Counted from the stretch's first letter, positions 31,381-41,582 are shown. The stretch: 64,000 nucleotides of DNA from Nitrosopumilus sp. (GCA_965203315.1 OZ241857.1:992001-1056000); one strand, 5' to 3'. The notes: generated from the sequence alone by a model not told the origin. Made by a program: numbers and translations.

Positions 31381-32096
31381 TAGATATCATATACACATTG
31401 ATTCAGAGTGACAACTATTACATAGTTTTGTTGTCAGGATTGTTGATTGGTGTAATACATGCATTTGAACCAGATCATCTGAGTGCAGTCTCGACTCAAA
31501 TTCAACAAAAGAGTAATGATCTTGAACATCGGTTGATCAACTCGTCACTATATGGAGTGTTGTGGGGAGTTGGACATACGTCAGGCATCGTAATGATTGG
31601 AGTTGCTGTTGTTCTTTTGTCAATTACCATTCCTGAAGAGTTTTTTGTAGGAGCAGAGATGCTAGTAGGTATTACACTAATTGTACTTGGAATCTTTGCA
31701 ATATACAGAACTCGTCACTCTCATCCACATACTCATTCAGATGGTACAGTTCACTCTCATCCACATACGCGTGGGCATCATACTCATGGACATCGCTCAT
31801 ACATCATAGGCTGTCTGCATGGAGTTGCAGGCAGTGGTGGATTGATCATACTCATATCTGTAGGACTAGGGAGTATCGAGTCATTGATACCATTTTTGAT
31901 GATCTTTGGTATAGGGAGTATCATGGGCATGGCTATAGCTAGTGGAGTTATCGGAATACCACTAACCATGATAAAGGCTGATAACACACGTAGATATCTA
32001 AAGGCAGGGATGGCTAGTGTTGCTGTCATTATAGGATCTATGATCATTATCGAGATCAGTTCAGAGATCGTCAAAACTTGGACTCTTCCAACTTGA
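31377..32096 (+). CDS. UreH/NiCoT-like nickel transporter
   Basis: HAFEPDH signature, WGVGH, His-rich loop HSHPHTHSDGTVHSHPH, GCLHGVAGSG. Confidence 0.85.
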   Translation: MIDIIYTLIQSDNYYIVLLSGLLIGVIHAFEPDHLSAVSTQIQQKSNDLEHRLINSSLYGVLWGVGHTSGIVMIGVAVVLLSITIPEEFFVGAEMLVGITLIVLGIFAIYRTRHSHPHTHSDGTVHSHPHTRGHHTHGHRSYIIGCLHGVAGSGGLIILISVGLGSIESLIPFLMIFGIGSIMGMAIASGVIGIPLTMIKADNTRRYLKAGMASVAVIIGSMIIIEISSEIVKTWTLPT

Positions 32097-32383
32097 CTAC
32101 TGACAATACATATTGACTTGAGAGTACACATTGATGAATAAGCATCGCATAGTCGATTAAATTACACAAGCATATTCTAGATGTACAATTTAGATGCCAT
32201 GTTGTACAAGCGTAGCAAAAAATCCAAATTGAGAATAATTAGACCCACAATAAAGACAAAATCGAATGATATTGTTCTGTAACAAATAGACAGACTGCGT
32301 CTCTAATTGTGATATTTCTGTACAAATCTCAAACTAGCAATTTATCAAAATATTCACCGGACAGTCCGCACACCATCTAGAAT

Positions 32384-33985
32384 TTAAAGTGCAGATAACG
32401 ATACCTCAAATGCTACTGCTGGTACACGAATCTTGTATTGTTGTAAAACTAGAGGATCGATCTCTCCCACAACTCCAATCATCTCTGTATCTAGATATAC
32501 AGCACCACATCGTCCTTGTGCAAACATTGGATGATCAATATGGCTAGTCGTAATAGAGATACCAAATCCGATATCCAGAGCAGATTGAAGAACAGACTTT
32601 ATCTCTGCAAAGTTTGCGCTACTGTGTGAAGATATTCCTGCCAAATGCATCTCTTCTGTTACATCTTTGGATTGAACAAATACCGTGCCAGTCTCAAATA
32701 ATCGCTGAGGGTACTGTTCATGAATGTTGTGTCCCAGATTGTTGATCATTCCAGGTAACAACGAGTCGCGCAAGATCTCGTGTTGTTGACTCTTTGGGTC
32801 AAGCACAGATATTGGTCTCTCAGATATACGTCTAGTTGTATCATACAAGATGTGACTACTAGTAAGGCTAGAGTTGAGTACCTCAAAGTATCCTAGACCA
32901 ACCATCACCTTTGATATCCTAGACAGCATATTTGAGATCGGGTTAGGCTGACCGATCGTACCTGATAAAGGCAGACTTGGTTTGAGGTTTGCAATCCCAT
33001 ACCCCAATGCGACCTCTTCAACTATATCCATCACACCAAAGATATCAGAACGATGAGGAGGTACAGTACATCGTATATCATTGTTATCTATATCAGCCCC
33101 CAGTCTAGCTCGACGTAGGGACTCTATAATCTTAGATACACTGAGATTCAGACCCAATGTATCGTTTACAATACTAGGTTTGATCGATATCATCCTAGAC
33201 TCTAGTTGTAGCGCATTCTCAGAATCTAAAGACTCTAGCGAGAAACCTGCAGCATGTAACGTTACTGCCATCACACTCAATACATCATACAGACTAGACT
33301 GATTTGTACCTGTTATATCTACAAGCAAATCACTAGTATCTGTAGTCAATGCAGTAGAGTCTGCGTTGATTATAGGAGGAAGTGATATTGTGCCATTTGC
33401 ATCAAACAGTACAGGAACACGATCATGATCAACTAGATGACCGTATCGCTTGCCGATCTCGGTCTCTGCAAGTATCGCATGTACATCCATCGTATCGTAT
33501 CCCAGCGGTTTAAAGCGATGATCCGGTCCAACCGTTGTATACAACAGTGGTGGTCTAACCCTCGACAGATCATGAATTCCTATCGACACCTTTGATCTCT
33601 TTCTACCTATACCCAGATGTAGATCCTCTTGCATGTTTATGATCTGAGAGATCATATCAGTGGTACATCTACCACCACGAGCGATCATTCCTGTGATATA
33701 TGGACGCGTATCAGATACATTCGAGTCTACAGATAGAGTGTACTCTGATTTATCAAGTCGTGGAACTAGAGGACCTGTACAGACACCAAGCAGTCCTTGT
33801 AGACCCAGTGCGATCCCAAACTCTGTGGAATAGTCGGGGCGATTAGGACTGTACTCGACTCGGACTCGATCGCCATTCTCAGACTCGATATCCAGTCCTA
33901 AATACGGCAACACATCAGATATCTCTTTCTTGGACCGACCCACTAGACGCTCAAGACTAGTATACGATATGTCTACTACAGGCAT
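32384..33985 (-). CDS. pheT: Phenylalanyl-tRNA synthetase beta subunit
   Basis: PNRPD, QEDLH..GRKR, PPIIN, RSDI..DIVEEVA.GYG, LFETG; start MPVVDI. Confidence 0.95.
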   Translation of the reverse strand: MPVVDISYTSLERLVGRSKKEISDVLPYLGLDIESENGDRVRVEYSPNRPDYSTEFGIALGLQGLLGVCTGPLVPRLDKSEYTLSVDSNVSDTRPYITGMIARGGRCTTDMISQIINMQEDLHLGIGRKRSKVSIGIHDLSRVRPPLLYTTVGPDHRFKPLGYDTMDVHAILAETEIGKRYGHLVDHDRVPVLFDANGTISLPPIINADSTALTTDTSDLLVDITGTNQSSLYDVLSVMAVTLHAAGFSLESLDSENALQLESRMISIKPSIVNDTLGLNLSVSKIIESLRRARLGADIDNNDIRCTVPPHRSDIFGVMDIVEEVALGYGIANLKPSLPLSGTIGQPNPISNMLSRISKVMVGLGYFEVLNSSLTSSHILYDTTRRISERPISVLDPKSQQHEILRDSLLPGMINNLGHNIHEQYPQRLFETGTVFVQSKDVTEEMHLAGISSHSSANFAEIKSVLQSALDIGFGISITTSHIDHPMFAQGRCGAVYLDTEMIGVVGEIDPLVLQQYKIRVPAVAFEVSLSAL

Positions 33986-35400
33986 CGTACACTCCTCAAC
34001 CATTCTAGATTATTCGCATAAAACTCACGAACGTCATCCACCATATACTTTAACATGGCGATCCTCTCGATTCCTCCACCCCATGCCAGTACAGGATTTG
34101 GTATTCCGAGTGGTTTGGTAACCTCTGGTCTAAAGATCCCCATCCCAAAGAGCTCTACCCATTTGCCTAGTTCATCATTATACACCATCGTCTGTAGCGA
34201 GGGTTCCGTATACGGAAAGAATGTTGGCCAAAACTTGATCTTTTCTAGACCTATTCGTCGATAAAACTCTCTCTGAATTCCCATCAAATCTCGAAGTGTA
34301 ACACCGGCTCCAGTTACAACACCCTCGACTTGGTTAAACTCTACTAGATGTTTGTAACTAGGTTTCTCGTTGCGAAATACTCTACCTAGCGAGAATACTC
34401 GAGCAGTCTCGGGTTTGTTGTCAGCAAGATGTTTAATAGTAACACACGTTGTGTGTGTTCGCAGTACCATCTTGCGAGCTTGATCAATATCCCACTTGTA
34501 CTTCCAATTGCTCTCATGTGACTCGGAGACACGTTGAATCTGTAAACTAGTAGCGGCAGGATCAACAGATACACCATCGATATAAAATGTATCTTGTAGT
34601 TCACGTGCAGGATGATCTTGCGGAGTAAACAGTGCATCAAAGTTCCAGAAACTTGATTGGGTCATATCTCCAACTATCTCTGTAAATCCGAGAGCAACAA
34701 AGATCTCACGTATCTCATCTATTGTATCCTTTAGTGGGTGCGTTCTTGCAACAAAGGTCTTGGGAACATCTGCAGTAACATCGAATTGAGATGTAAAAGA
34801 TATGTCCAGAGAGCTGCCTACAGTTTGTGGAGGATCTATTTCAATAGACATAGCAGAATCGGTCAACGATACTCTCTGTTGCTTTGTAACAGATTGAACT
34901 ACATAGTCTGGACGCTTTAGCAACTCGTCTAGTGCTGCATCATCCAATACACTTGCTTCACAATGACCAGTACCGATCTTTGTAATAATATCTTCGGCAG
35001 AAATGATATCAGGAGTTTTGATCAGTTGCAGTGTGTCATCTAAATTCTTAACCCAGTTGTTCTTTCGTACAATACCCATTGCTGGTCCAAACGCGTCACC
35101 GAGCTCTTGTTGTATCTCTTTTGGATTTTGTGGACCTGCTGCAAGTAACTTGAGCAAGCGTCTCTCTGGTAGACCATCTCGTAATGCTGCAAGGCCGTTC
35201 TTACCCAAGGATAGAACAGTAGACTCGGTTTTGGATACCGTGACTAGATCTTTGAGGCGTAGCCACTCGATACCACGTCGAACCTGATCGATAGATAGAT
35301 TGGTTGATTTGCACAGATCGTTTGGACTCTGGTTTGGTGTATCTTGCAGTGACTTTATTATCTTCTTCTCGATATCATGAAATACTGTATATGACAACAA
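33976..35400 (-). CDS. pheS: Phenylalanyl-tRNA synthetase alpha subunit
   Basis: FWNFDALFTPQDHPARE, LRTHTT, FRNE, FPYTEPS, GGGIER. Confidence 0.96.
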   Translation of the reverse strand: MLSYTVFHDIEKKIIKSLQDTPNQSPNDLCKSTNLSIDQVRRGIEWLRLKDLVTVSKTESTVLSLGKNGLAALRDGLPERRLLKLLAAGPQNPKEIQQELGDAFGPAMGIVRKNNWVKNLDDTLQLIKTPDIISAEDIITKIGTGHCEASVLDDAALDELLKRPDYVVQSVTKQQRVSLTDSAMSIEIDPPQTVGSSLDISFTSQFDVTADVPKTFVARTHPLKDTIDEIREIFVALGFTEIVGDMTQSSFWNFDALFTPQDHPARELQDTFYIDGVSVDPAATSLQIQRVSESHESNWKYKWDIDQARKMVLRTHTTCVTIKHLADNKPETARVFSLGRVFRNEKPSYKHLVEFNQVEGVVTGAGVTLRDLMGIQREFYRRIGLEKIKFWPTFFPYTEPSLQTMVYNDELGKWVELFGMGIFRPEVTKPLGIPNPVLAWGGGIERIAMLKYMVDDVREFYANNLEWLRSVRCL

Positions 35401-35478
35401 CTAGGGCTCTACACATACGTTTAATACAGTTTTTGTAGATATCTGTAATCTGCACATACGATACATGGTGCCGTACTA

Positions 35479-35742
35479 TAGTCACGAACGGAATTGTTTT
35501 CTTGTTTACTTTTGCATATGTGAGATCAGAGACGAAATTTACCTCTAGCGGAACGGATAATGCCAAATTGTGATACTATGCACTCGGAAAATTATTATGT
35601 TCACGACTATATAGTCACGAACGGAATTGTTTTCTTGTTTACTCCCGCATGTGTGTGGTCAGAGACGGAATTTGCCTCTGGCATAACAGCTAACGCCAAA
35701 TTGTGATACTACAGACTAGGAAAATTATTCTGTTCGCGACTA
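35479..35742. mobile_element. Tandem pair of 131-bp MITEs with TA flanks (IS630/Tc1-like ends)
   Basis: Copies 35479..35609 and 35612..35742; imperfect TIR TAGTCACGAAC...GTTC(A/G)CGACTA; layout GTAC-TA-[1]-TA-[2]-TA-GTAC. Confidence 0.85.
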
Positions 35743-35806
35743 TAGTACATTACAAATACGATACAATTACCAAGATTTTTTAAAGTTGTGATCCAAGCAG
35801 GTGCAT

Positions 35807-36907
35807 ATGTCATCAGAGTTTGTTGTGACGCCGTGGCATGTAAAGGGCGAGATAGATTACGATAAACTGATCAAACAGTTTGGAACACAAGAGATCTCTA
35901 AAGATCTACACGATCGTATAGTTGCTGCGGCAGGTGAGGATCACTTTCTGTTGAGGCGAGGCATATTCTTCTCGCATAGAGACATGGACGTAATACTAGA
36001 CGAGTACCAAAAAGGAAGAAAGTTCTTTCTGTACACAGGAAGAGGCCCGTCTGGTCATACGCATATAGGACATCTTGTGCCATGGGTGTTTGCAAAGTGG
36101 TTACAAGATAGATTCGATGTAAACATGTACTTTCAGCTTACCGATGACGAAAAGTTCTTCACGAAACAAGATCTGACTCTACAAGATACATGTAAATTTG
36201 CATATGAGAATATGTTGGACTTTATCGCATTGGGATTTGAACCGACAAAGACCAAGATCATAATCAATACCAGAGATATCAAAAAGCTCTATCCACTAGC
36301 AGCACAAGTTGCAAAACGAATCAACTTTTCAAACACAAAAGCAACATTTGGTTTTGGAAACGAGACGAACATTGGAATGATATTCTATACAGCTCTACAA
36401 TCAGCGCCATGTTTTATAGAAGATGCTCCCGTACTGATCCCATTAGGAGTGGATCAGGATCCGCACTTTAGACTAACACGAGATGTTGCTCCAAAGATCG
36501 ACAGATACAAACCAGCGCTGATACACAACATAATGATTCCAGGACTCGAAGGTGCTGGCGGAAAGATGTCAGCATCTGATCAAAACAATACAATATACAC
36601 AACGGATACTCCAGATACAGTTCGAAGAAAGATCACCAAGTATGCATTCTCGGGAGGACAGCCCGATCTAGATACACATCGCAGGTTGGGTGGCAATCCC
36701 GATATCGATGTATCGTTCCAGTATCTACGAATATTCTTTGAACCAGACGATACAAAGCTACAGTCGATATACGAGGACTATAAATCTGGACGAATGTTGT
36801 CTGGCGAACTAAAAAATATCCTGATTACAAAGATCAACGAGTTTCTTGCCATACATCAAGCAAACAGAGAGAAAGCCAGAGAGACACTAGAGCAGTTTCT
36901 ATTATGA
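35807..36907 (+). CDS. trpS: Tryptophanyl-tRNA synthetase
   Basis: YTGRGPSG..HIGH, GVDQDPHFR, KMSAS. Confidence 0.96.
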   Translation: MSSEFVVTPWHVKGEIDYDKLIKQFGTQEISKDLHDRIVAAAGEDHFLLRRGIFFSHRDMDVILDEYQKGRKFFLYTGRGPSGHTHIGHLVPWVFAKWLQDRFDVNMYFQLTDDEKFFTKQDLTLQDTCKFAYENMLDFIALGFEPTKTKIIINTRDIKKLYPLAAQVAKRINFSNTKATFGFGNETNIGMIFYTALQSAPCFIEDAPVLIPLGVDQDPHFRLTRDVAPKIDRYKPALIHNIMIPGLEGAGGKMSASDQNNTIYTTDTPDTVRRKITKYAFSGGQPDLDTHRRLGGNPDIDVSFQYLRIFFEPDDTKLQSIYEDYKSGRMLSGELKNILITKINEFLAIHQANREKARETLEQFLL

Positions 36908-37188
36908 CTCGAACTAGAATTCTATGTGATGATACGTACGAGGCCGAGAAACTAGCCAGTCTCATATTCATCAAAGAAGGACAAGAGACATACATTACAT
37001 CGATCTTGAATGTAGTACAAAACGAGATAATCATATCGCTAAAGGACAAGTCTGCCCACAGTATCTTGTTAAAGGATGCAACGAATGTAGAGGTGTTTGC
37101 AGACTTTGTCCAATCTGTCATCGAAGGTCAGCACAAGATTATATCAACAGAGGTTTTAGGTGATATCGTACATATCGTAAAGTCCTAG
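36904..37188 (+). CDS. Hypothetical protein coupled to trpS
   Basis: ATGA overlap with trpS; clean 94-aa ORF. Confidence 0.7.
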   Translation: MTRTRILCDDTYEAEKLASLIFIKEGQETYITSILNVVQNEIIISLKDKSAHSILLKDATNVEVFADFVQSVIEGQHKIISTEVLGDIVHIVKS

Positions 37189-37293
37189 GGTACAAACAGG
37201 ACATACAGGGATACAATTCCAACTATTGCAACAAGTGAGACCCCAATGGCTTTAAAGTCACTATCCATCACTTCATCTCCAAGACAATTATAA

Positions 37294-37880
37294 TTAAAAT
37301 GTTAAGCATGGACTTGGCGCGATCGACTTGAGTCGGCAGTTTAGGGTTTGTATAACATTACGATCAGGGTTTATCAAATCGTCATATTCAAACAGCTTTG
37401 ACTTGAAACATTTGCAAATAACCTCAAAAGAGCATAGGTCGAGGATATCCTCACTTTGACTAGTTTGACAAACCGTGATCATCTTGGGATTAGAACTGAG
37501 ATACTCCCTTACTTTTTCCTTTAAAGTTAGGCAATACTGTCAAAATTCAATTAGTTTTTTAGTGTGTAATGATCCTAATGATTCAGTAAGTGTATTGTTA
37601 ATGTGTACTAGTGTGTCCCAGTTGGAATATAATATGTCTAAGTTGTCTTCATTCCGTTTAGTATACCTTTGCAGATATTGAACGATCTGTGTCATGCATT
37701 CCTTTACTCCATCTAAATCTTCTATGTCTTCGATAGCGAATTCTAACTCTTCTAATTCATCAATCATATCTTACCAAGTCTCTCTATCTTTCTACCAAAA
37801 TATGCTATGGTTCTAATCATGCCAGATATGGTATCATCAAGTTCAGTCAAGGGATCTGGCTTGGTTTTACGTTTAGGCAT
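37294..37880 (-). pseudogene. Probable fragmented hypothetical gene (three pieces)
   Basis: 37540..37767 and 37294..37482 are in the same frame separated only by one TGA; a 38-codon ORF 37764..37880 overlaps upstream in another frame. Confidence 0.45.
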
Positions 37881-38035
37881 GATGGTTATAGATCAATCTG
37901 TTATATATGGTGTTTGTATCTAGAGTTTTTGTTATGAGATTAAGGAATTACATCTTGGTGGTGTTGTGATTGTTTTACTATCTATCCAAATAGTTTTACT
38001 ATATCAAATACTTCAGTCTGTTAAGATAGGTTAAG

Positions 38036-38230
38036 ATGAGTGTTATTGGTTGGGCTTTGTTGTTGTTTGTTATACCTATATTGATTTTTTTGTTATTGTA
38101 TAATATTTCCTTTAAAGATACTAAAGGTGATTTCTGCTGTTTTAATTGTGGTTCACGTAAACTAAAGAGTAATGGTGTTAAGTTAGTTTGTCAAAGATGT
38201 GGTTGTGATGAGATTCTAAAAAATGATTAA
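38036..38230 (+). CDS. Small membrane-anchored zinc-ribbon protein
   Basis: N-terminal hydrophobic helix then CFNCG..CQRCG. Confidence 0.55.
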   Translation: MSVIGWALLLFVIPILIFLLLYNISFKDTKGDFCCFNCGSRKLKSNGVKLVCQRCGCDEILKND

Positions 38231-38252
38231 GGTGATTCTAGTTCCTCAATCT

Positions 38253-38430
38253 GGTTCTTTTAACTTAACGGGGGGTCGATAGTTTTCACGCAATATTCTC
38301 TAAAAATTTTACAAGTTATGAAAAATGGTTAGATTGCCCATTGCAGATTATTACTGTTTTAAATTGCATACAGGGCGTTTCTTGAAATACCTGCATCTTA
38401 ATCTTAATCCCCCGATAAGTTAAAAGAACC
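38253..38430. mobile_element. 178-bp MITE with IS6-like ends
   Basis: TIR GGTTCTTTTAACTTA(A/T)CGGGGG, 21 of 22 match; non-coding interior; no clean target duplication. Confidence 0.8.
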
Positions 38431-38437
38431 CACAACA

Positions 38438-39082
38438 TCAAGTAAGATAGGTAGAAAAGGCAGATAGATATCTACTCACGCTAGTCTGATCTACTTTAAA
38501 GATATCTTCTAGTATCATCTGCGAAGCTTTACAGTGTTTACGTATCATCAACATCAACAGAATATGGTTTAGGCTTAGTTTGGAGATATTGCCTTGTGTA
38601 ATTTTTAGTTCCCGTACATGTCGTGCAGGCTTGTTTTTACTCACACTCTTAAGGAATTTTTTATATTCATTCTCAAACATGTCCGACGATCTTTCAGTGA
38701 GTTTGACAAGAACTAGATCGTTCCGCAATACACAATTCAGATACTCTTGACGCATCTCATTGATCTCACCGATAGGGAACTTTTGTGTTTCGTCCCAGAG
38801 TGGTCCTCTCAACTCGGCTATCACATCAGCAGAATAGGCCATACGTTCTGCACTAGCAAGTCGAGTTCGGACTAGTTTGAACATCTTTGATAGATTGTCA
38901 TTACTCTTTGTAATAGATGTCACCTCTGCGTCTAGTCTCTTTTTTCGTTTTGCGAGTCTCTTGTTCTCGGGCTCGGAGGTTCTGATCATAGTACGAAGTC
39001 TCATCCTCTCACGTACAAGTCTACGCTTCTCAGCTTCAAGAGTCCTGACCTGACGTAATAGTTTAGAAACATCTTCATTCAT
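38438..39082 (-). CDS. Coiled-coil plus transposase HTH protein lacking a DDE domain
   Basis: GNISKLSL..LLML..IFKVDQTSVSRY matches GRISKLTP..LLAI..RFGIDQSNVSRY of 7507..8670. Confidence 0.7.
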   Translation of the reverse strand: MNEDVSKLLRQVRTLEAEKRRLVRERMRLRTMIRTSEPENKRLAKRKKRLDAEVTSITKSNDNLSKMFKLVRTRLASAERMAYSADVIAELRGPLWDETQKFPIGEINEMRQEYLNCVLRNDLVLVKLTERSSDMFENEYKKFLKSVSKNKPARHVRELKITQGNISKLSLNHILLMLMIRKHCKASQMILEDIFKVDQTSVSRYLSAFSTYLT

Positions 39083-39343
39083 CTATATCTGAAAAGAGTT
39101 TGATCTAAATATATGTTATTGATATATTTTGATGAAATTTGCATGTTTGAGATAGAAACACGATATAGAATCGACATCTGAGATATCTACATAGACTCTA
39201 GATGATCATGTACAAGAGAACGTACACGATTCATGCGATATTGCAATCAAATCATAGCGTATAGACACCAATCCAATTTGTCGAAACATCGAGAACATTT
39301 GCATAAAGCAGATCCAACATCTGCAAAACAGATACACAATACA

Positions 39344-39673
39344 TCAGACTAGCGACTTGTCCATCTCGAGTGCGACGATCTCTTGAACTTTGAGAAAATA
39401 TAGTCTAGTAGAGTAAGGCATCTCTGAGATATTGTTATCTACTGCCATCATGAAATAACGGACTGCGCGTTTGGATATGTCTAGATTGAACTTTAGTCCA
39501 AGTATTGGATCTTGATGTACCTTTATCTTGTCTTCCAACCACGGAGGTGCCAACTCGATCGTATCTGCTATGACCTTCTCATACCAGAATCCGAGGTTCT
39601 CAGGATAGAGACCTTGTCGTAGATTGTCGATGTCGTTATCGAGCTTTGCCATCATATCGTTTATGATCGCCAT
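39344..39673 (-). CDS. Hypothetical protein
   Basis: ORF from MAIIND; host-like codon usage; follows coaD. Confidence 0.7.
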   Translation of the reverse strand: MAIINDMMAKLDNDIDNLRQGLYPENLGFWYEKVIADTIELAPPWLEDKIKVHQDPILGLKFNLDISKRAVRYFMMAVDNNISEMPYSTRLYFLKVQEIVALEMDKSLV

Positions 39674-39738
39674 TGTAAAGTCTTGTACAATACACACCAT
39701 AATACAAAGACTCAAAGTTGACAAAGTATTTGGTCAAT

Positions 39739-40200
39739 TCATAGTACGTTTCCCAGAGTATCGATCTCACCGTTCTTGATTCTCGTAGTAGATATGCGAG
39801 TTCCGTCACGTGCAAGAACCATGGGAATTACCACTATCTCGACTGCGTCTAGACCACGTGCAGTACGTAGCTCGTTTAGTCTAGTGCCACGATCACGTCT
39901 CTCCTCACTCACCACTAGTGCGTCAACCGAACCCTCAAGGACGGCAGGTCCAAAGTCGTTGTCTAGACGACTTATCTCAAAATCAGACTTGGGATACCTC
40001 TCAAGAATTGCATCCGCAAGTTGGGCGAGACGTTCTTGATAGTTGTTATAGGTAGAACCCTTTGCTGCCGCCATTGTGTCGCTGGTAAGTCCAATTATCA
40101 CTTTATCAGCAGCAGTGAACGCAGCCGCAAGTAATGCCAAGTGTCCTTTATGAATAATATCAAATGTTCCACCAGTCGCTGCAAGAGTAAAACGAGTCAT
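39739..40200 (-). CDS. coaD: Phosphopantetheine adenylyltransferase, archaeal type
   Basis: GGTFDIIHKGH, GLTSD, FGPA, LVVSEE, RISTTRIK.GEID. Confidence 0.9.
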   Translation of the reverse strand: MTRFTLAATGGTFDIIHKGHLALLAAAFTAADKVIIGLTSDTMAAAKGSTYNNYQERLAQLADAILERYPKSDFEISRLDNDFGPAVLEGSVDALVVSEERRDRGTRLNELRTARGLDAVEIVVIPMVLARDGTRISTTRIKNGEIDTLGNVL

Positions 40201-40230
40201 GTACAATAGTACCTAGTATCGAAAATAAAT

Positions 40231-41292
40231 CTAATTTACAGATATCAGTGCTATCGGTCCACGTTCGCCTAGTGGAATTCCTGATCTATCCCAAACAAAT
40301 GTCTCGATAAGGTAGACTCCTGGATTCTTGGGTGTCCAGCCAAATGACTGCTGTTGAGTATCAGAGTCGGTGAATCGACCATCATATGTATCGATAAACT
40401 CTATGTACGGAGGACTGGTGGTAGACTTTACTTGCACATACACCATGTACTGTGTCTCTGGGATCTCGTCATCGACAAACTGTAGCCATGCTTTGCTCTT
40501 TATGTATACTAGACTGCCAACATCGATCTCGGAGATTTTGTTACCATCAGTATCTTCGACTCTTAGATCATAAATTTGGATGACCTTGGACAAGGTCTTT
40601 GATCTACCAATATCTAGATCAACCATAGACGAATAGTACACATCAGACTCGGCAAAGATACTGACTCCTAACGATCTAGGATTAACTTTACCAGTAAACT
40701 CGAATGGAGTCTCTTCTCCTACGGTTACATTACCGATATCGATCGTCTCAACATTCAAGATTTTTGGTGGTTTAAAGTCATCATATGTTATAATGTGTAC
40801 CTTTGTGTTTGTCATTGGAGCGTTGTCGTTCTGTAGAGTTCCAGACAGACGTAACTGGGAATCTAGAAAGACAGTTTGTACGTCTATTGCTATCTGTTTG
40901 AGTTTTGGTTGAGAGACCGTAAAGCCGCCATGTAACGAGACAGATGTCTGTTTAATATCAGGATCAGGGTTGGTGGATCTAACCACATACGGCGACACGC
41001 CATTGGGGGGAATCACATCGAGTAGAATATCTGCAACTGTTGTCTCTAACGGTGTAGAACTAGATTGATCATAAAAGCTTGCACGAACATGTACATTTGA
41101 TATGCTGCTTTGTGGATCGGTATTCTTGACTAGACCGACTGCCACTGTGTACCCCTCTGCATCTCTATATGCATACTGGGAATCTTTTATGACAGAGACT
41201 ATGAGTTTTGGAGAGGTGTCGACCTCTTGTGCATATGCAGTAGACACTAAAACCAATCCCAAGAGTACTGCCGTCAGCTTTATCATCATCAT
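40231..41292 (-). CDS. Secreted hypothetical protein with beta-rich (FxLYD-like) domains
   Basis: Signal-peptide-like N-terminus ending AYA; G.VKN..V.ASFYD; WTP..PG.Y. Confidence 0.7.
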   Translation of the reverse strand: MMMIKLTAVLLGLVLVSTAYAQEVDTSPKLIVSVIKDSQYAYRDAEGYTVAVGLVKNTDPQSSISNVHVRASFYDQSSSTPLETTVADILLDVIPPNGVSPYVVRSTNPDPDIKQTSVSLHGGFTVSQPKLKQIAIDVQTVFLDSQLRLSGTLQNDNAPMTNTKVHIITYDDFKPPKILNVETIDIGNVTVGEETPFEFTGKVNPRSLGVSIFAESDVYYSSMVDLDIGRSKTLSKVIQIYDLRVEDTDGNKISEIDVGSLVYIKSKAWLQFVDDEIPETQYMVYVQVKSTTSPPYIEFIDTYDGRFTDSDTQQQSFGWTPKNPGVYLIETFVWDRSGIPLGERGPIALISVN

Positions 41293-41480
41293 ACTTGTAC
41301 ATACAAGTAGATGTTATTGTAATATTAGCTGTGATACAATAAACAAGAAAGGTAAAAGATTTAACCCAAATTGGCCAAGTCGGGTCGATAACAGCTGTCC
41401 AAAGCACATGCTAACTAGATCAGAGTATCGACACAACCACACTCTCTATAAAAAGAGTTAGAAAAAGAGACTAGATCAGC

Positions 41481-41582
41481 CTACTTTCGTTTTGCGGTTA
41501 TTGCCAACCAGTATATCAGACCTGGTGCTAAACCAACAATTAGTGGAATCCATACAGGCCATCCATCTACTACGCTTGCCAT
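41481..41582 (-). CDS. 33-aa single-pass membrane microprotein, absent from the ORF track
   Basis: MASVVDGWPVWIPLIVGLAPGLIYWLAITAKRK; TTTAAATA box about 25 bp upstream and T-rich tract downstream. Confidence 0.7.
   Translation of the reverse strand: MASVVDGWPVWIPLIVGLAPGLIYWLAITAKRK

Noticed and set aside
37540-37542. Selenocysteine or programmed readthrough at the in-frame TGA
   Set aside because: No redox motif context or recognisable SECIS-like hairpin; an upstream frame break points to decay
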